Notes: generated by a model from the sequence alone, not told the origin. DNA of 43,758 bases from Actinomycetota bacterium (GCA_018882725.1 VERK01000001.1:1-43758); one strand, 5' to 3'. Positions 18,545 to 27,946 are shown, counted from the first letter of the stretch. Numbers and translations are program-made.

Positions 18545-19714
18545 ATGACCACCGCCGTCATCGTCGATGCGATTCGTACCCCCCTCGGCAAGCGCAACGG
18601 GAAGTTGAAGGATTGGCACCCGGTCGATCTCGCTGCTGAGACCCTCAACGCCCTCATCAAGAACACCGGCATCGATCCGGCCATCGTCGACGACGTGGTC
18701 ATGGGCTGCGTGATGCAGGTCGGCGAACAGGCCGCCAACCCGGCTCGTAACGCCGTTCTGGCCGCGGGCTGGCCCGAGTCGGTTCCCGGCACCACGATCG
18801 ATCGTCAGTGCGGTTCGTCGCAGCAGGCCGCTCACTTCGCGGCGCAGGGTGTGATGGCCGGTGCGTACGACGTCGTGATCGCCGCGGGCGTCGAAGTCAT
18901 GACGCGCGTTCCGATGGGCTCGTCGATGGCCGACGGCAAGTTCGGTTTCCCGTTCGGCCCCAAGGTGGGCGAGCGCTATCAGCCGCAGGGCGGTCTCGTG
19001 CCGCAGGGAATTTCGGCCGAACTCATCGCCGACAAGTGGGGCATCTCGCGTGACGACATGGATCGCTTCGGTGTTCAGTCGCAGGAGCGCGCTGCTCGCG
19101 CCACCCGCGAGGGCCGTTTCGAGCGTGAAATCCTTCCGGTGCGTGATGCCGAAGGCAATCTCATGACGGCCGACGAAGGCATTCGCGACACCAGCATGGA
19201 GAGCCTGGGCAAGCTCAAGCCGTCGTTCCGTCCGGTCGAGGAGGGTGGTCGAGTGACCGCCGGTAACTCGTCGCAGATCACCGACGGCTCGGCCGCTCTG
19301 CTCATCATGAGCGAGGAGAAGGCCAAGGCTCTGGGTCTTCGTCCGCGTGCGCGCTTCGTGAACTTCAGCCTGGCCGGCGACGATCCGCGCTTCATGCTCA
19401 CCGCACCGATCCCGGCCACGGCCAAGGTGCTCGAGCGCGCCAAGTTGCGCCTCGAAGACATGGACGTCGTCGAAATCAACGAGGCCTTCGCGTCGGTCGT
19501 GTTGGCGTGGGAGAAGGAATTCCACCCCGACATGGAGCGCGTGAACCCCAACGGCGGTGCCATTGCCATCGGCCACCCGCTCGGTTGCTCGGGTGCGCGT
19601 CTCATGACGACTCTGCTGCACGAACTCGAGCGCACCGGCGGTCGTTACGGTCTGCAGACGATGTGCGAAGGCGGCGGCATGGCCAACGCCACCATCATCG
19701 AACGCCTCGGCTGA
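18545..19714 (+). CDS. Acetyl-CoA C-acyltransferase (thiolase)
   Basis: 389 aa. AAGGAG SD. Thiolase motifs: active-site Cys context IDRQCGSSQQA, NEAFA, NPNGGAIAIGHPLG and CEGGGMANA. Confidence 0.93.
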   Translation: MTTAVIVDAIRTPLGKRNGKLKDWHPVDLAAETLNALIKNTGIDPAIVDDVVMGCVMQVGEQAANPARNAVLAAGWPESVPGTTIDRQCGSSQQAAHFAAQGVMAGAYDVVIAAGVEVMTRVPMGSSMADGKFGFPFGPKVGERYQPQGGLVPQGISAELIADKWGISRDDMDRFGVQSQERAARATREGRFEREILPVRDAEGNLMTADEGIRDTSMESLGKLKPSFRPVEEGGRVTAGNSSQITDGSAALLIMSEEKAKALGLRPRARFVNFSLAGDDPRFMLTAPIPATAKVLERAKLRLEDMDVVEINEAFASVVLAWEKEFHPDMERVNPNGGAIAIGHPLGCSGARLMTTLLHELERTGGRYGLQTMCEGGGMANATIIERLG

Positions 19715-19715
19715 G

Positions 19716-19982
19716 ATGAGTTTCGGCACCGTCGTCTGGGCGATCGGTGCCGTCATCCTCTTCTTCTTTCTCTGGAGGGTGGGGGTCGGTCTTCTGCGCA
19801 GCATGACCGAACCCCTGCCACCTCCGCCCCCGCCCGGCGAGATGCGGCGCATCAGCGTGCGATATCGATGCGGCGTGTGCGGCCTCGAGTTGAAGATGAC
19901 GCTGGCTCAGGAAGAGGACCCCGACCCGCCGCGTCACTGCATGGAAGAGATGGATCAGGTCTCCATCGACGAGGCTCTCTGA
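19716..19982 (+). CDS. Small membrane-anchored hypothetical protein with poly-Pro linker and CxxC motif
   Basis: 88-aa ORF starting 1 nt after the thiolase stop. GC3-rich codons. One TM helix (VVWAIGAVILFFFLWRVGVGLL), then PLPPPPPPG, then CGVCG...RHC. I recognise no family. Confidence 0.45.
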   Translation: MSFGTVVWAIGAVILFFFLWRVGVGLLRSMTEPLPPPPPPGEMRRISVRYRCGVCGLELKMTLAQEEDPDPPRHCMEEMDQVSIDEAL

Positions 19983-20040
19983 CCGGGTTGACGTCCGGGT
20001 TGGGCAGGTAGCCGGGAAGTTACATCGATGTGACTATCCC

Positions 20041-20069
20041 CGGTTCCGTCCACAGACTGTGGATAACCG
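20041..20069. promoter_or_regulatory. Imperfect 29-nt palindrome containing an exact DnaA box TTATCCACA (minus strand, 20066..20058); alternatively a bidirectional terminator hairpin
   Basis: CGGTT-ccg-TCCACAG-a-CTGTGGA-t-AACCG, read directly. It lies between the convergent 3' ends of the small ORF (19982) and crgA (20098). The plus-strand arm reads CCGTCCACA, a 7/9 match to actinobacterial TTGTCCACA. Confidence 0.4.
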
Positions 20070-20097
20070 AGTTAGCACTAAAACCCTGCTGAGAGCG

Positions 20098-20415
20098 TCA
20101 GTGGTACTTGGTGGCTGTGTACAGACCACCCAGGATGAAGGCCAGTCCGACCAGCAGGTAGTAGTTGCTCCGGCCGCCGGGAACCGCGCCCAAGTAATAC
20201 AGCAGGATGACCAGCGCGCCCACGATGAAGAGGGCGAACATCAGGATCGGAACCCAGCGTGGGCTCTCCTTGACCGCCATCGGGATGGGCGGGGTGTACC
20301 GCGAGGACGCCGCGACGCCGGCCGAGTTGTGATCGGGATTCGCGACGCGCCCCTCGTTGGGCCGGGTGCCCTTCGGAGTGGTGCGGCCGCCGCTCTTTCG
20401 CTTGGGAGGTGCCAC
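20098..20415 (-). CDS. crgA: Cell division protein CrgA
   Basis: Track ORF 20098..20502 trimmed to GTG 20415 (105 aa). Basic N-terminus ([14 protein letters not shown]), YTPP motif, SPRWVP, two TM helices. Conserved neighbourhood with trpG and pknB. Confidence 0.8.
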   Translation of the reverse strand: MAPPKRKSGGRTTPKGTRPNEGRVANPDHNSAGVAASSRYTPPIPMAVKESPRWVPILMFALFIVGALVILLYYLGAVPGGRSNYYLLVGLAFILGGLYTATKYH

Positions 20416-20464
20416 GGGTCGAAAGTGTAGGGGAGAACCGGCACTCCACTGGCAGGCTGAACGG

Positions 20465-21049
20465 GTGACGCCAGTCCGCCGCCGCGTGGTCGTGATCGAC
20501 AACTACGACAGCTTCGTCTACAACCTCGTCCATTACCTGGGTGAACTGGGGGCCGAGCCCGAGGTGCACCGCAACGATGCGCTGACTGTCGACCAGATCG
20601 TCACGTCGCGACCCGACGCGATTCTTCTCTCGCCCGGTCCGGGTCGACCCGAAGACGCGGGGATCTTGTGCGACGTCGTCGAGCCGGCTGCGCGGGCGGG
20701 CATCCCGGTGTTCGGTGTGTGCCTCGGGCATCAAGCGATCGGTCATGTCTTCGGTGGTCGCGTGGTGAGGGCCCCCGAACTCATGCACGGCAAGACCAGT
20801 CAGGTGGAGCACCGTGACACCGGAGTGTTTTTCGGACTACCCAATCCGCTCACGGCTACGCGATACCACTCACTCGTCATCGAACCCGACACGTTGCCCG
20901 CGTGTTTGGAAGTCACCGCGACCACGGCCGACGGAATGATCATGGGTGTGCGTCACCGCGATCTGCCGATCGAAGGAGTGCAGTTCCACCCCGAGAGCAT
21001 CTTGACCGAAGACGGTCATCGAATGCTCGAGAACTTCTTGACGCGCTGA
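20465..21049 (+). CDS. trpG: Glutamine amidotransferase component II of anthranilate/aminodeoxychorismate synthase
   Basis: Track ORF trimmed to GTG 20465 (194 aa). Class-I GATase motifs [19 protein letters not shown] (catalytic Cys) and GVQFHPES. Same position as Rv0013. Confidence 0.88.
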   Translation: MTPVRRRVVVIDNYDSFVYNLVHYLGELGAEPEVHRNDALTVDQIVTSRPDAILLSPGPGRPEDAGILCDVVEPAARAGIPVFGVCLGHQAIGHVFGGRVVRAPELMHGKTSQVEHRDTGVFFGLPNPLTATRYHSLVIEPDTLPACLEVTATTADGMIMGVRHRDLPIEGVQFHPESILTEDGHRMLENFLTR

Positions 21050-21059
21050 CGCGCGTTCG

Positions 21060-23069
21060 TCATGGCGCAGTGGTGGTGGGCGCAACTGTGCTCGACGATG
21101 TGGTGGTGGGAGCGGCGGCCTTGCCGACCACGAGAACCACTTCGCTGCCCACGGGTGCATCGGTACCGGCGGCGGGATTCTGCGAGATCACGCGATCGAC
21201 ATCACCGGAATCGGGTGCCACCTCCTGGTACTCCACGCGAATGAGGAAGCCCTTGGCGGTGAGCTGCGGACGCGCCTGTGATTCGCGCAGACCGACCACC
21301 GGCGGCACCTTGATCGGTGCTCGGCCGTTCGAGACGTACACCGTGATGGTGGCGCCCTTCGGAGTTTCGGCTCCGGCCACCGGACTGGTGCGAATCACGT
21401 TTCCCACCGGAACCGCGTCACTGGCTTCGATGATTTCGGTGACGACGAATTCGTAGGGTTCGCCCTGCAGAATCGAACGAGCCTCGTCGATCGTCTTACC
21501 GTCGAGTGAGGGGATCGGATTGGTTCCTTTGCCCTGGCTCACGGTCAAGTCGATGGTGGCCCCGCCGAGAACCGACTCTCCGAATGCGGGAGTCGACGAA
21601 ATGATGGTGTCGGCGGCGATCCCCGGATCGTTGACGTAGGCGATGTTGCCGATGGTGAGTCCGAGGTTGAGCAAGGTGGTGCGGGCTTGATCGACGGTGA
21701 GACCTGTGAGGTTGGGGACGGCGATCGGCGTGTTCGACGGGTTGTACACGAGCTTGATCGCTGCGTCGTCGCCCACGAGTTCGCCGGCCGGGGGATCTTG
21801 TGACCACACGATGTTGGCGTCGACACCTGGGTTCTCTTCGGCGATCGGAACGACGGTCAGACCCAAATCTTCTATTGCTCGAACAGCCTCTTCGAGTGAC
21901 AGGCCGGTGACGTTCGGAACTTCGATCGACGGGGTGGACGACGATTCGTTCGACAGAAGGAGCAAGCCGGCGACGAGGCCAGCCAACACCACCATGGCCG
22001 CGATGACCGAACCCACGATCAATCCGGTGCGCCGACGCGGTTCGTCGGGTTGAACGAGTGCACCCGACGCGTCGTAGCCCGGGGGACGATCGCTGATCAT
22101 GATCTTCGTGCGCGGAACGTCGGCTTTGGGCGACGACGCGGTGGGCGGGGGAAGAATCGGTTCGTTGGCGATCGTTGGCGGCGGCTCGGGAGTGTCGCGT
22201 TTGTTGATGATCGCGGCCAACGCCTGAACCGGGAGTCCGTCTCGGAAGCGGCGCAGATCGTCGCGAACCGCTTCGGCCGTCGGGTAGCGACGGGCCGGAT
22301 CCTTGGTGAGCAGTCGGGCGACGATCGCCTCGAACGCTCGTGGCACGTCGGGTGCGTACTGGTTGAGCGGTGTGGGCTGATCGTGAACCTGCTTGTACGC
22401 GATGGCCACCGTGTTCTCACCGGTGAACGGCACGCGACCAGCCACCATTTCGTAGAGGACGATGCCGAGCGAATACAGATCGCTGCGCGGATCGGGTTGG
22501 CCACCTTGTGCTTGCTCGGGCGAGAAGTACGCAGCCGTGCCCATGACGGCACCGTGCTGAGTGAGTCCGGTGTCGGCCGCACTGCCGAGTGCGCGAGCGA
22601 TACCGAAGTCGGCCACTTTGAGTTGACCGTTGCTGCCAATGAGGATGTTGCCCGGCTTGATGTCGCGGTGAACCACGTTGTTGCGATGGGCGAACGACAA
22701 CGCAGCCGCGACTTCGATTCCGACCTCGGCTGCTTTGGTGGCCGAAATGGGGCCGATGTCCCGCAGTGCATCGGCCAAAGTGCGTCCCGGCACGTACTCC
22801 ATGGCCATGAAGTAGGTGTTGTTACTGCGACCCCAGTCGTACACGCTGACGATGTTGGGGTGGTTGAGGTTGGCGGCCGATTGAGCTTCGCGACGGAACC
22901 GTTCGACGAAGGCCGGGTCGGTGGCGAATTCAGGGAACAAGACCTTGATGGCCACGAGGCGATCGAGAAGTACGTCGCGGGCGAGATAGACGTCGGCCAT
23001 GCCACCGCGGCCGATGCGCTGCTGCATCTCGTAGCGATCGTTGAGAATGACGCTGCCGTGGTCGGACAT
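21060..23069 (-). CDS. pknB: Ser/Thr protein kinase with four extracellular PASTA domains
   Basis: 669 aa. Hanks kinase motifs (GRGGMADVY, AIKVL, HRDIKPGN, DFG), one TM helix, then four PASTA-like repeats. Confidence 0.95.
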   Translation of the reverse strand: MSDHGSVILNDRYEMQQRIGRGGMADVYLARDVLLDRLVAIKVLFPEFATDPAFVERFRREAQSAANLNHPNIVSVYDWGRSNNTYFMAMEYVPGRTLADALRDIGPISATKAAEVGIEVAAALSFAHRNNVVHRDIKPGNILIGSNGQLKVADFGIARALGSAADTGLTQHGAVMGTAAYFSPEQAQGGQPDPRSDLYSLGIVLYEMVAGRVPFTGENTVAIAYKQVHDQPTPLNQYAPDVPRAFEAIVARLLTKDPARRYPTAEAVRDDLRRFRDGLPVQALAAIINKRDTPEPPPTIANEPILPPPTASSPKADVPRTKIMISDRPPGYDASGALVQPDEPRRRTGLIVGSVIAAMVVLAGLVAGLLLLSNESSSTPSIEVPNVTGLSLEEAVRAIEDLGLTVVPIAEENPGVDANIVWSQDPPAGELVGDDAAIKLVYNPSNTPIAVPNLTGLTVDQARTTLLNLGLTIGNIAYVNDPGIAADTIISSTPAFGESVLGGATIDLTVSQGKGTNPIPSLDGKTIDEARSILQGEPYEFVVTEIIEASDAVPVGNVIRTSPVAGAETPKGATITVYVSNGRAPIKVPPVVGLRESQARPQLTAKGFLIRVEYQEVAPDSGDVDRVISQNPAAGTDAPVGSEVVLVVGKAAAPTTTSSSTVAPTTTAP

Positions 23070-23096
23070 AACTGTGGAAAGGCTATCGGTGGACGC

Positions 23097-24572
23097 TCAG
23101 CGGGTCAGGGCAACGTCCATGACCGCTTTGGCCACCGGACCAGCGAGACGTCCTCCGGTGCCTTCGCTGATCTCGGCGTTGGTTCCCTTGAGCATCACCG
23201 CGATGGCGTAGCGAGGTGTGTCGACCGGAGCGAATCCGATGATCCAGGCGTGTGATCGTTCCGGTTCTCCCGGGCCGTTGAGTTGAGCGGTTCCGGTTTT
23301 GGCAGCAGATTGCACACCGTTGGCGAGTTGGAAGCAGCACGATGCCGTGCCGTTGCGAACGACCTCGGTCATGAGTTGAGTGAGGATCGTCGACGACTCG
23401 GGTGTCATGGCCTGCTTCCACACCGATGGCCGGGTGCGATCGAGGAGGCGACCGTCATGATCTCGGGTCGAGTCGATCACATAGGGCTTCATCATCGCGC
23501 CGCCGTTGGCAACCGATGCCGCCACCAGAGCCATGTGCAGCGGAACCATCTGAGTGTTGCCTTGGCCGAATCCCCCGATGGCGAGCAGCGGAAGGTTGTC
23601 CTCGAAGTAATCGGCCGTGCCGAACGTGCTCGCAGCCGATCGAGGTAGATCGAACGGCAGTGATTCGCCGATGCCGAAGCGCTGGGCTGCAGCCGTCAGT
23701 TTCTGAGGCCCGAGTTCGAGGGCGGTACGCGCGAAGGGCGTGTTGCACGAACGGCGGAACACCTCGGTCAGATCGCCTCCACACACCTTGTTCTTGTAGT
23801 TGGCGATCGGGTCGGTGGTCTGGGGTGGCAGGAACTCGGACTCTTCGGCGAACACGCTCCCGAGACCGATGGTCCCGGCATCGAGGGCGGCCGCCGTCGT
23901 GATGACCTTGAACGTCGAACCAGGCATGTAGCGCTGTTGGTAGCTGTTGGCGAGCAGCGGGTCGCCGGGGACGTCGTTCAGATACTGAATGATGGATCCC
24001 GCGAGATCGTCATCCTCGGTGGTGAGGAGATTCGGATCGAACGACGGGAAACTCCACAGGGCTTTCACCGCGCCGGTGCGGACGTCGACGACCACGACCG
24101 AACCCTCACGTTCACCGAGCGCCCGACGAGCGGCCGCCTGAATTTTCGAATCGATCGTGGTGACAACCGTGCCGGTGGTGTCTCCACCGTCGAAGAGCGA
24201 GGCCAAACCCTTGACTTGTTGCTCGGCGGTACGCCCGGCCAACACATCGTTGGCGACCCGTTCGACTTGAGTCGCACCGTACGCGAACGTGTAATAGCCG
24301 GTGACGTGTGCGTACAACTCTCCATCGGCGTACACACGCTTCCAAGGGTGCTCGCTTGCGGGTTCCGATCGAACCGACTCGGCGATCACCTTTCCGTCGA
24401 TGGTGGTGATCTCACCGCGGGGATCGTTGAACGTGCGCACCGTCAGACGCGTGTTGCGAGCGTCGGCATCGAGATTCGACTTCCGACCGACTTGGATGAC
24501 GTTCAACTGAACGAAGAGGATCGCGTAAAGCGCCAGCAGTGCCACCGCGAGACGTCGAATGCGTTGATTCAT
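23097..24572 (-). CDS. pbpA: Class B penicillin-binding protein (D,D-transpeptidase)
   Basis: 491 aa. N-terminal anchor. SxxK (STFK), SxN (SCN) and KTG (KTGT) motifs. ATG overlaps the rodA stop (ATGA). Confidence 0.92.
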   Translation of the reverse strand: MNQRIRRLAVALLALYAILFVQLNVIQVGRKSNLDADARNTRLTVRTFNDPRGEITTIDGKVIAESVRSEPASEHPWKRVYADGELYAHVTGYYTFAYGATQVERVANDVLAGRTAEQQVKGLASLFDGGDTTGTVVTTIDSKIQAAARRALGEREGSVVVVDVRTGAVKALWSFPSFDPNLLTTEDDDLAGSIIQYLNDVPGDPLLANSYQQRYMPGSTFKVITTAAALDAGTIGLGSVFAEESEFLPPQTTDPIANYKNKVCGGDLTEVFRRSCNTPFARTALELGPQKLTAAAQRFGIGESLPFDLPRSAASTFGTADYFEDNLPLLAIGGFGQGNTQMVPLHMALVAASVANGGAMMKPYVIDSTRDHDGRLLDRTRPSVWKQAMTPESSTILTQLMTEVVRNGTASCCFQLANGVQSAAKTGTAQLNGPGEPERSHAWIIGFAPVDTPRYAIAVMLKGTNAEISEGTGGRLAGPVAKAVMDVALTR

Positions 24573-25942
24573 GACGGAGTCTGTTCGTGTCGACGAGCCC
24601 GACGGGCTTCCCAGCGTTCGCGGATGGTTGGACGGTCGGGGATTTCTCCTAGGCGGCGTGCGGACGCATCACTCGTTCGAATAAGGAGCGCGAGGATGGC
24701 GTAGTTGGCTACCAGACTCGACCCGCCGTAACTGACGAAGGGGAGAGTGATACCGGTGAGTGGAACCACCCGAATCACACCACCGATGATGATGAAGGCT
24801 TGGACACCGAGAATCGTGGTGAGGCCGGTCGCGAGCAACTTCTCGAACGGGCGTTGTGTTCGCAGTGCAGTACGCAGCCCGGCACCGATGATGACGACGA
24901 AGGCGAGCAGGATCGCGGTTGCACCGAACAGACCGAGCTCTTCGCCGATGGCGGCGAAGATGAAATCATTCTTCGCTTCGGGAATACGGGTCGGATCGCC
25001 GAGGCCGAGGCCCGTGCCGGAGGTGCCACCGCTGCCGAGGGCGAACATGGCTTGGGCCAGTTGGTAGCCCTTGCCGTCGTAGCGACTCCACGGATCGAGC
25101 CAGATGGCCACACGTGTCTGCACGTGATCGAAGAGGTGGTACGCGGCGAAGCACGCTCCGGCGAAGAGAGCGAAGCCGAGAGCGAGATAGCCGGCCCGTT
25201 CGGTGGCGACCCACACCATCACGACGAAGAGAGTGAAGAAGAGCAGGCTCGATCCGAGGTCGCGCTGACCGACCATGACCACGACGGAGAACGCCCATGC
25301 GCCGACCAGTGGCAGGAGATCTCGAGGTTCGGGAATGGTGAAGCGGCCCCACTGTCGAGTGCCGCGGGCGATGAGGCTTCCGCGCTCGGAGAGGTAGCCG
25401 GCGAAGAAGAGAGCCAGGGCCAGCTTGGCGAACTCGCCCGGCTGGAAGTTGATCGGCCCGATGTTCACCCAGATGCGTGCACCGCCCGAACTGAAGCCCA
25501 GCCCGGGAACCATGGGAAGAAGCAACAGCACCGCGGCCGCGCCGAAAAAGTGCCATTGATAGCGAGCGAGATCATTCACTCGTTCGACGAACAACAGAAC
25601 GACGACGAACGTCGCGATGGCGATGAACGTCCACGTGGTTTGGAGTCCGGCCAGTCGTTCCGACAAGCGCGCGATCATGACGTAGCCGAGTCCGTTGAGG
25701 AGGACGGCGATCGGTAGCAGAGTGGAGTCGGCTCCGTGGGCCAATCGACGGACGGCGATGTGGGCGAAGAGGAGGACCGCGAGAAGCACACCGAGGAACG
25801 GGAGGATTCGCGGTGGGATGACCGAGTTCTTGCCGAGTGAGGCGAGTGTGTAGGCGCCGGCGGTGATGATGCCGGCGGCGATCACCAGGCCCAGTTCGAT
25901 GGATCGCCGACGGTTGGCGATCGAGTAGTCGGGTGCGGTCAC
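24569..25942 (-). CDS. rodA: FtsW/RodA/SpoVE-family (SEDS) peptidoglycan polymerase
   Basis: Track ORF 24569..26026 trimmed to GTG 25942, which overlaps the pstP stop (GTGA). 457 aa. Multi-pass membrane protein with SEDS-type motifs (PGEFAKL, GSGGTSGTGLG). Confidence 0.92.
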   Translation of the reverse strand: MTAPDYSIANRRRSIELGLVIAAGIITAGAYTLASLGKNSVIPPRILPFLGVLLAVLLFAHIAVRRLAHGADSTLLPIAVLLNGLGYVMIARLSERLAGLQTTWTFIAIATFVVVLLFVERVNDLARYQWHFFGAAAVLLLLPMVPGLGFSSGGARIWVNIGPINFQPGEFAKLALALFFAGYLSERGSLIARGTRQWGRFTIPEPRDLLPLVGAWAFSVVVMVGQRDLGSSLLFFTLFVVMVWVATERAGYLALGFALFAGACFAAYHLFDHVQTRVAIWLDPWSRYDGKGYQLAQAMFALGSGGTSGTGLGLGDPTRIPEAKNDFIFAAIGEELGLFGATAILLAFVVIIGAGLRTALRTQRPFEKLLATGLTTILGVQAFIIIGGVIRVVPLTGITLPFVSYGGSSLVANYAILALLIRTSDASARRLGEIPDRPTIRERWEARRARRHEQTPS

Positions 25943-26844
25943 TTCGCCGCGATGGCGCTGACGGCAACCGCCACCGTGATGGCGGCCGCAGCCAACCACA
26001 TCGCCCAAGCAGCGACGTTGAACCACACCGAGATCCGACTGCGTGAGGGCGTATCCATGATGGTCGCCGCGATCGGCGGAATCTCCGTGACCACCGGAGT
26101 GCTGTCGGTCGATGCGGTGAGGGAGAAGTCGACCACGAGAACGGTCACGTTGTCGCGTCCGCCGTTGGCATTGGCCAGGGCCACCAAACGATCGGCGAGA
26201 TCTTGTGGACCGATGGACGATCGCACCTGCGATTCGATCTCGTTGTCGTCGGCTTCGTCGACCAGGCCGTCACTGCAGATGATGAAGCGGTCGCCGTCTT
26301 CGATGTCGACCTCGAAGGTGTCGACATCGACGTACGTATCGATACCCATGGCTCGCAGCACGATGTTTCGCTGGTGGTGAACACGCGCTTCGGCGCGTGT
26401 GATCGCCCCGCGGTCGACGAGTGACTGAACATGGGAGTGGTCCTTGGTGATCTGTCGAAGTTCACCGTGACGCCACAGATAAGTGCGAGAGTCTCCGACG
26501 TTGGCCACGACGGCCTTGTGATCGAAGGGGTTCGACACCGCCAAGCCGGTGAGGGTCGTGCCCATACCGGCCTTACTCGAGTCGAGAATCGACTCGGAGT
26601 GAATGGCGGTGTTGGCGTGGCGCACCGCGGCGGCGACGTCGTCGGACGCGAGGACGATGTTGCCGGCTTCGCTGAGAACCTCGCGCAGAGTGGTGACGGC
26701 GATGTCGCTGGCAACCTCACCTGCGCTGTGTCCGCCCATGCCATCAGCGACGAAGTACAGACCGTTGGCGCAGAGGAACGAGTCTTCGTTCGCCTCACGA
26801 ACCCGGCCGACGTGTGTGGCGGCTCCGGCAACGACGCGAATCAT
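25939..26844 (-). CDS. pstP: PP2C-family Ser/Thr phosphatase
   Basis: 301 aa. PP2C motifs (RVREANEDSF, ADGMGGHSAGE, ICSDGL, GGRDNVT) plus a C-terminal TM segment. Start overlaps the fhaB stop. Confidence 0.92.
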   Translation of the reverse strand: MIRVVAGAATHVGRVREANEDSFLCANGLYFVADGMGGHSAGEVASDIAVTTLREVLSEAGNIVLASDDVAAAVRHANTAIHSESILDSSKAGMGTTLTGLAVSNPFDHKAVVANVGDSRTYLWRHGELRQITKDHSHVQSLVDRGAITRAEARVHHQRNIVLRAMGIDTYVDVDTFEVDIEDGDRFIICSDGLVDEADDNEIESQVRSSIGPQDLADRLVALANANGGRDNVTVLVVDFSLTASTDSTPVVTEIPPIAATIMDTPSRSRISVWFNVAAWAMWLAAAAITVAVAVSAIAAK

Positions 26845-27314
26845 CGTTCGGCCTCGACGATGAGCGATCCCATCTGAATGCGGTCGCCGGGTCGTAACGC
26901 AACGACATCGGAGATGCGATTACCGTTCACGAGGGTTCCGTTGGTGGAGCCGAGATCTTCGACCACCGCGGCGCCGTTGGCGATCCAGATCCGGGCGTGA
27001 ACATTGCTGAGAAACGAATCGTCGGCGACCGACAGATCGGTGTTCTCCGAACGTCCGATGACGAGCGGCTCCGATCCGATTTCGATCTGATGTCCCTTGT
27101 GGCGCTTGGGAGCAACCACGCGGAGTTCGGTGACGCGTTGGCGACGCGGAACCTTGGCGGTGCCGTCGGTCGGCATCGTTGGAACCGGACCGGTGGAACG
27201 AGACACCGCCGGAACACGAACTTCGGTCCAGACCGCCCACACCACTCGGGCGAAGAAGAGGTAGAGCGCGGCCAGAAGCACGAACCGCAGAAGTCCGAGA
27301 AGTTGATCGGTCAT
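26841..27314 (-). CDS. fhaB: FHA-domain protein FhaB/FipA type (N-terminal TM + C-terminal FHA)
   Basis: 157 aa. N-terminal TM helix. FHA core LVIGRSENTDLSV...VHARI...DLGSTNGTLVNG. ATGA overlap with fhaA. Confidence 0.85.
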   Translation of the reverse strand: MTDQLLGLLRFVLLAALYLFFARVVWAVWTEVRVPAVSRSTGPVPTMPTDGTAKVPRRQRVTELRVVAPKRHKGHQIEIGSEPLVIGRSENTDLSVADDSFLSNVHARIWIANGAAVVEDLGSTNGTLVNGNRISDVVALRPGDRIQMGSLIVEAER

Positions 27315-27946
27315 CGTGCCGCGGCTTCGAACCGGATGGAGTGGCTTCCCAGGTTGATGATGTCGCCGTCGCGCAGACCACGCTCAGCACTGATGGTGAC
27401 CCCGTTGACCTTGGTGCCATTGGTCGACCCGAGATCGGAGATCGCGTAGACGCCGTTGACGACCTTGACTTCGGCGTGTCGGCGGCTGACGTTGGCATCG
27501 TCGAGAACGATCGTGCAGTCGGGTGAGCGACCGATCACGACCAATGCCTCACCGAGTGGGTACGACTGACCGCCCGAGACGACCAATGCGCTGGCCGTGA
27601 TCGGACTCTCGGCGCGCCGTACTTTCGAGTCGATTTCGACCCGACCCGACTTCACTTTGTCGTCGGCCACCAGCGAGACCGTGATGGGACCCTTCAGGTG
27701 GTAGCCCTCGGAGCGGGCGTATTCCTTGGCCGCTTCGTTCAGTTCGATCTCGAGTGCGGCCTGGAACTCTTCGAGTTGGTCGAGGTCGCGGGGATGCAGG
27801 CGGAACACGAAGTAGTTGGGGGCCACGCGTCGGCTCTTGGAGTCGACCGATCGCTTGTCGTCGATCTCTCGGACGAGGTGGCGGCCGAGGTCGATGGGGC
27901 GCACGTTGGTGCGGTTACCTCGATTGAAGATTCCTGCGGCCATCAT
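27311..27946 (-). CDS. fhaA: FhaA type protein (DUF3662 + FHA domain)
   Basis: 211 aa. DUF3662-like N-terminal half (VAPNYFVFRLHPRDLDQL). FHA core VVIGRSPDCTIVLDD..VSRRHAEV...DLGSTNGTKVNG. Strong SD GAAGGAGGTGG upstream of the tandem ATGs at 27946 and 27943. Confidence 0.85.
   Translation of the reverse strand: MMAAGIFNRGNRTNVRPIDLGRHLVREIDDKRSVDSKSRRVAPNYFVFRLHPRDLDQLEEFQAALEIELNEAAKEYARSEGYHLKGPITVSLVADDKVKSGRVEIDSKVRRAESPITASALVVSGGQSYPLGEALVVIGRSPDCTIVLDDANVSRRHAEVKVVNGVYAISDLGSTNGTKVNGVTISAERGLRDGDIINLGSHSIRFEAAAR

Noticed and set aside
18527-19852. 441-aa ORF antisense to the thiolase
   Set aside because: Shadow ORF. The thiolase frame has active-site motifs and an SD. The antisense product is low-complexity.
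19983-20002. Direct repeat CCGGGTTG ... CCGGGTTG (12-nt period) just after the small ORF stop
   Set aside because: Only two copies of an 8-mer in GC-rich DNA, with no further periodicity or partner element. Likely chance.
21047-21062. Palindrome TGACG-CGCGTT-CGTCA containing the stop codons of both trpG and pknB
   Set aside because: A 5-bp stem is too weak to argue for a terminator. It is a trivial consequence of two convergent TGA stops 10 nt apart.
22050-23255. 401-aa ORF antisense to pknB
   Set aside because: Shadow ORF opposite a kinase with complete Hanks motifs.
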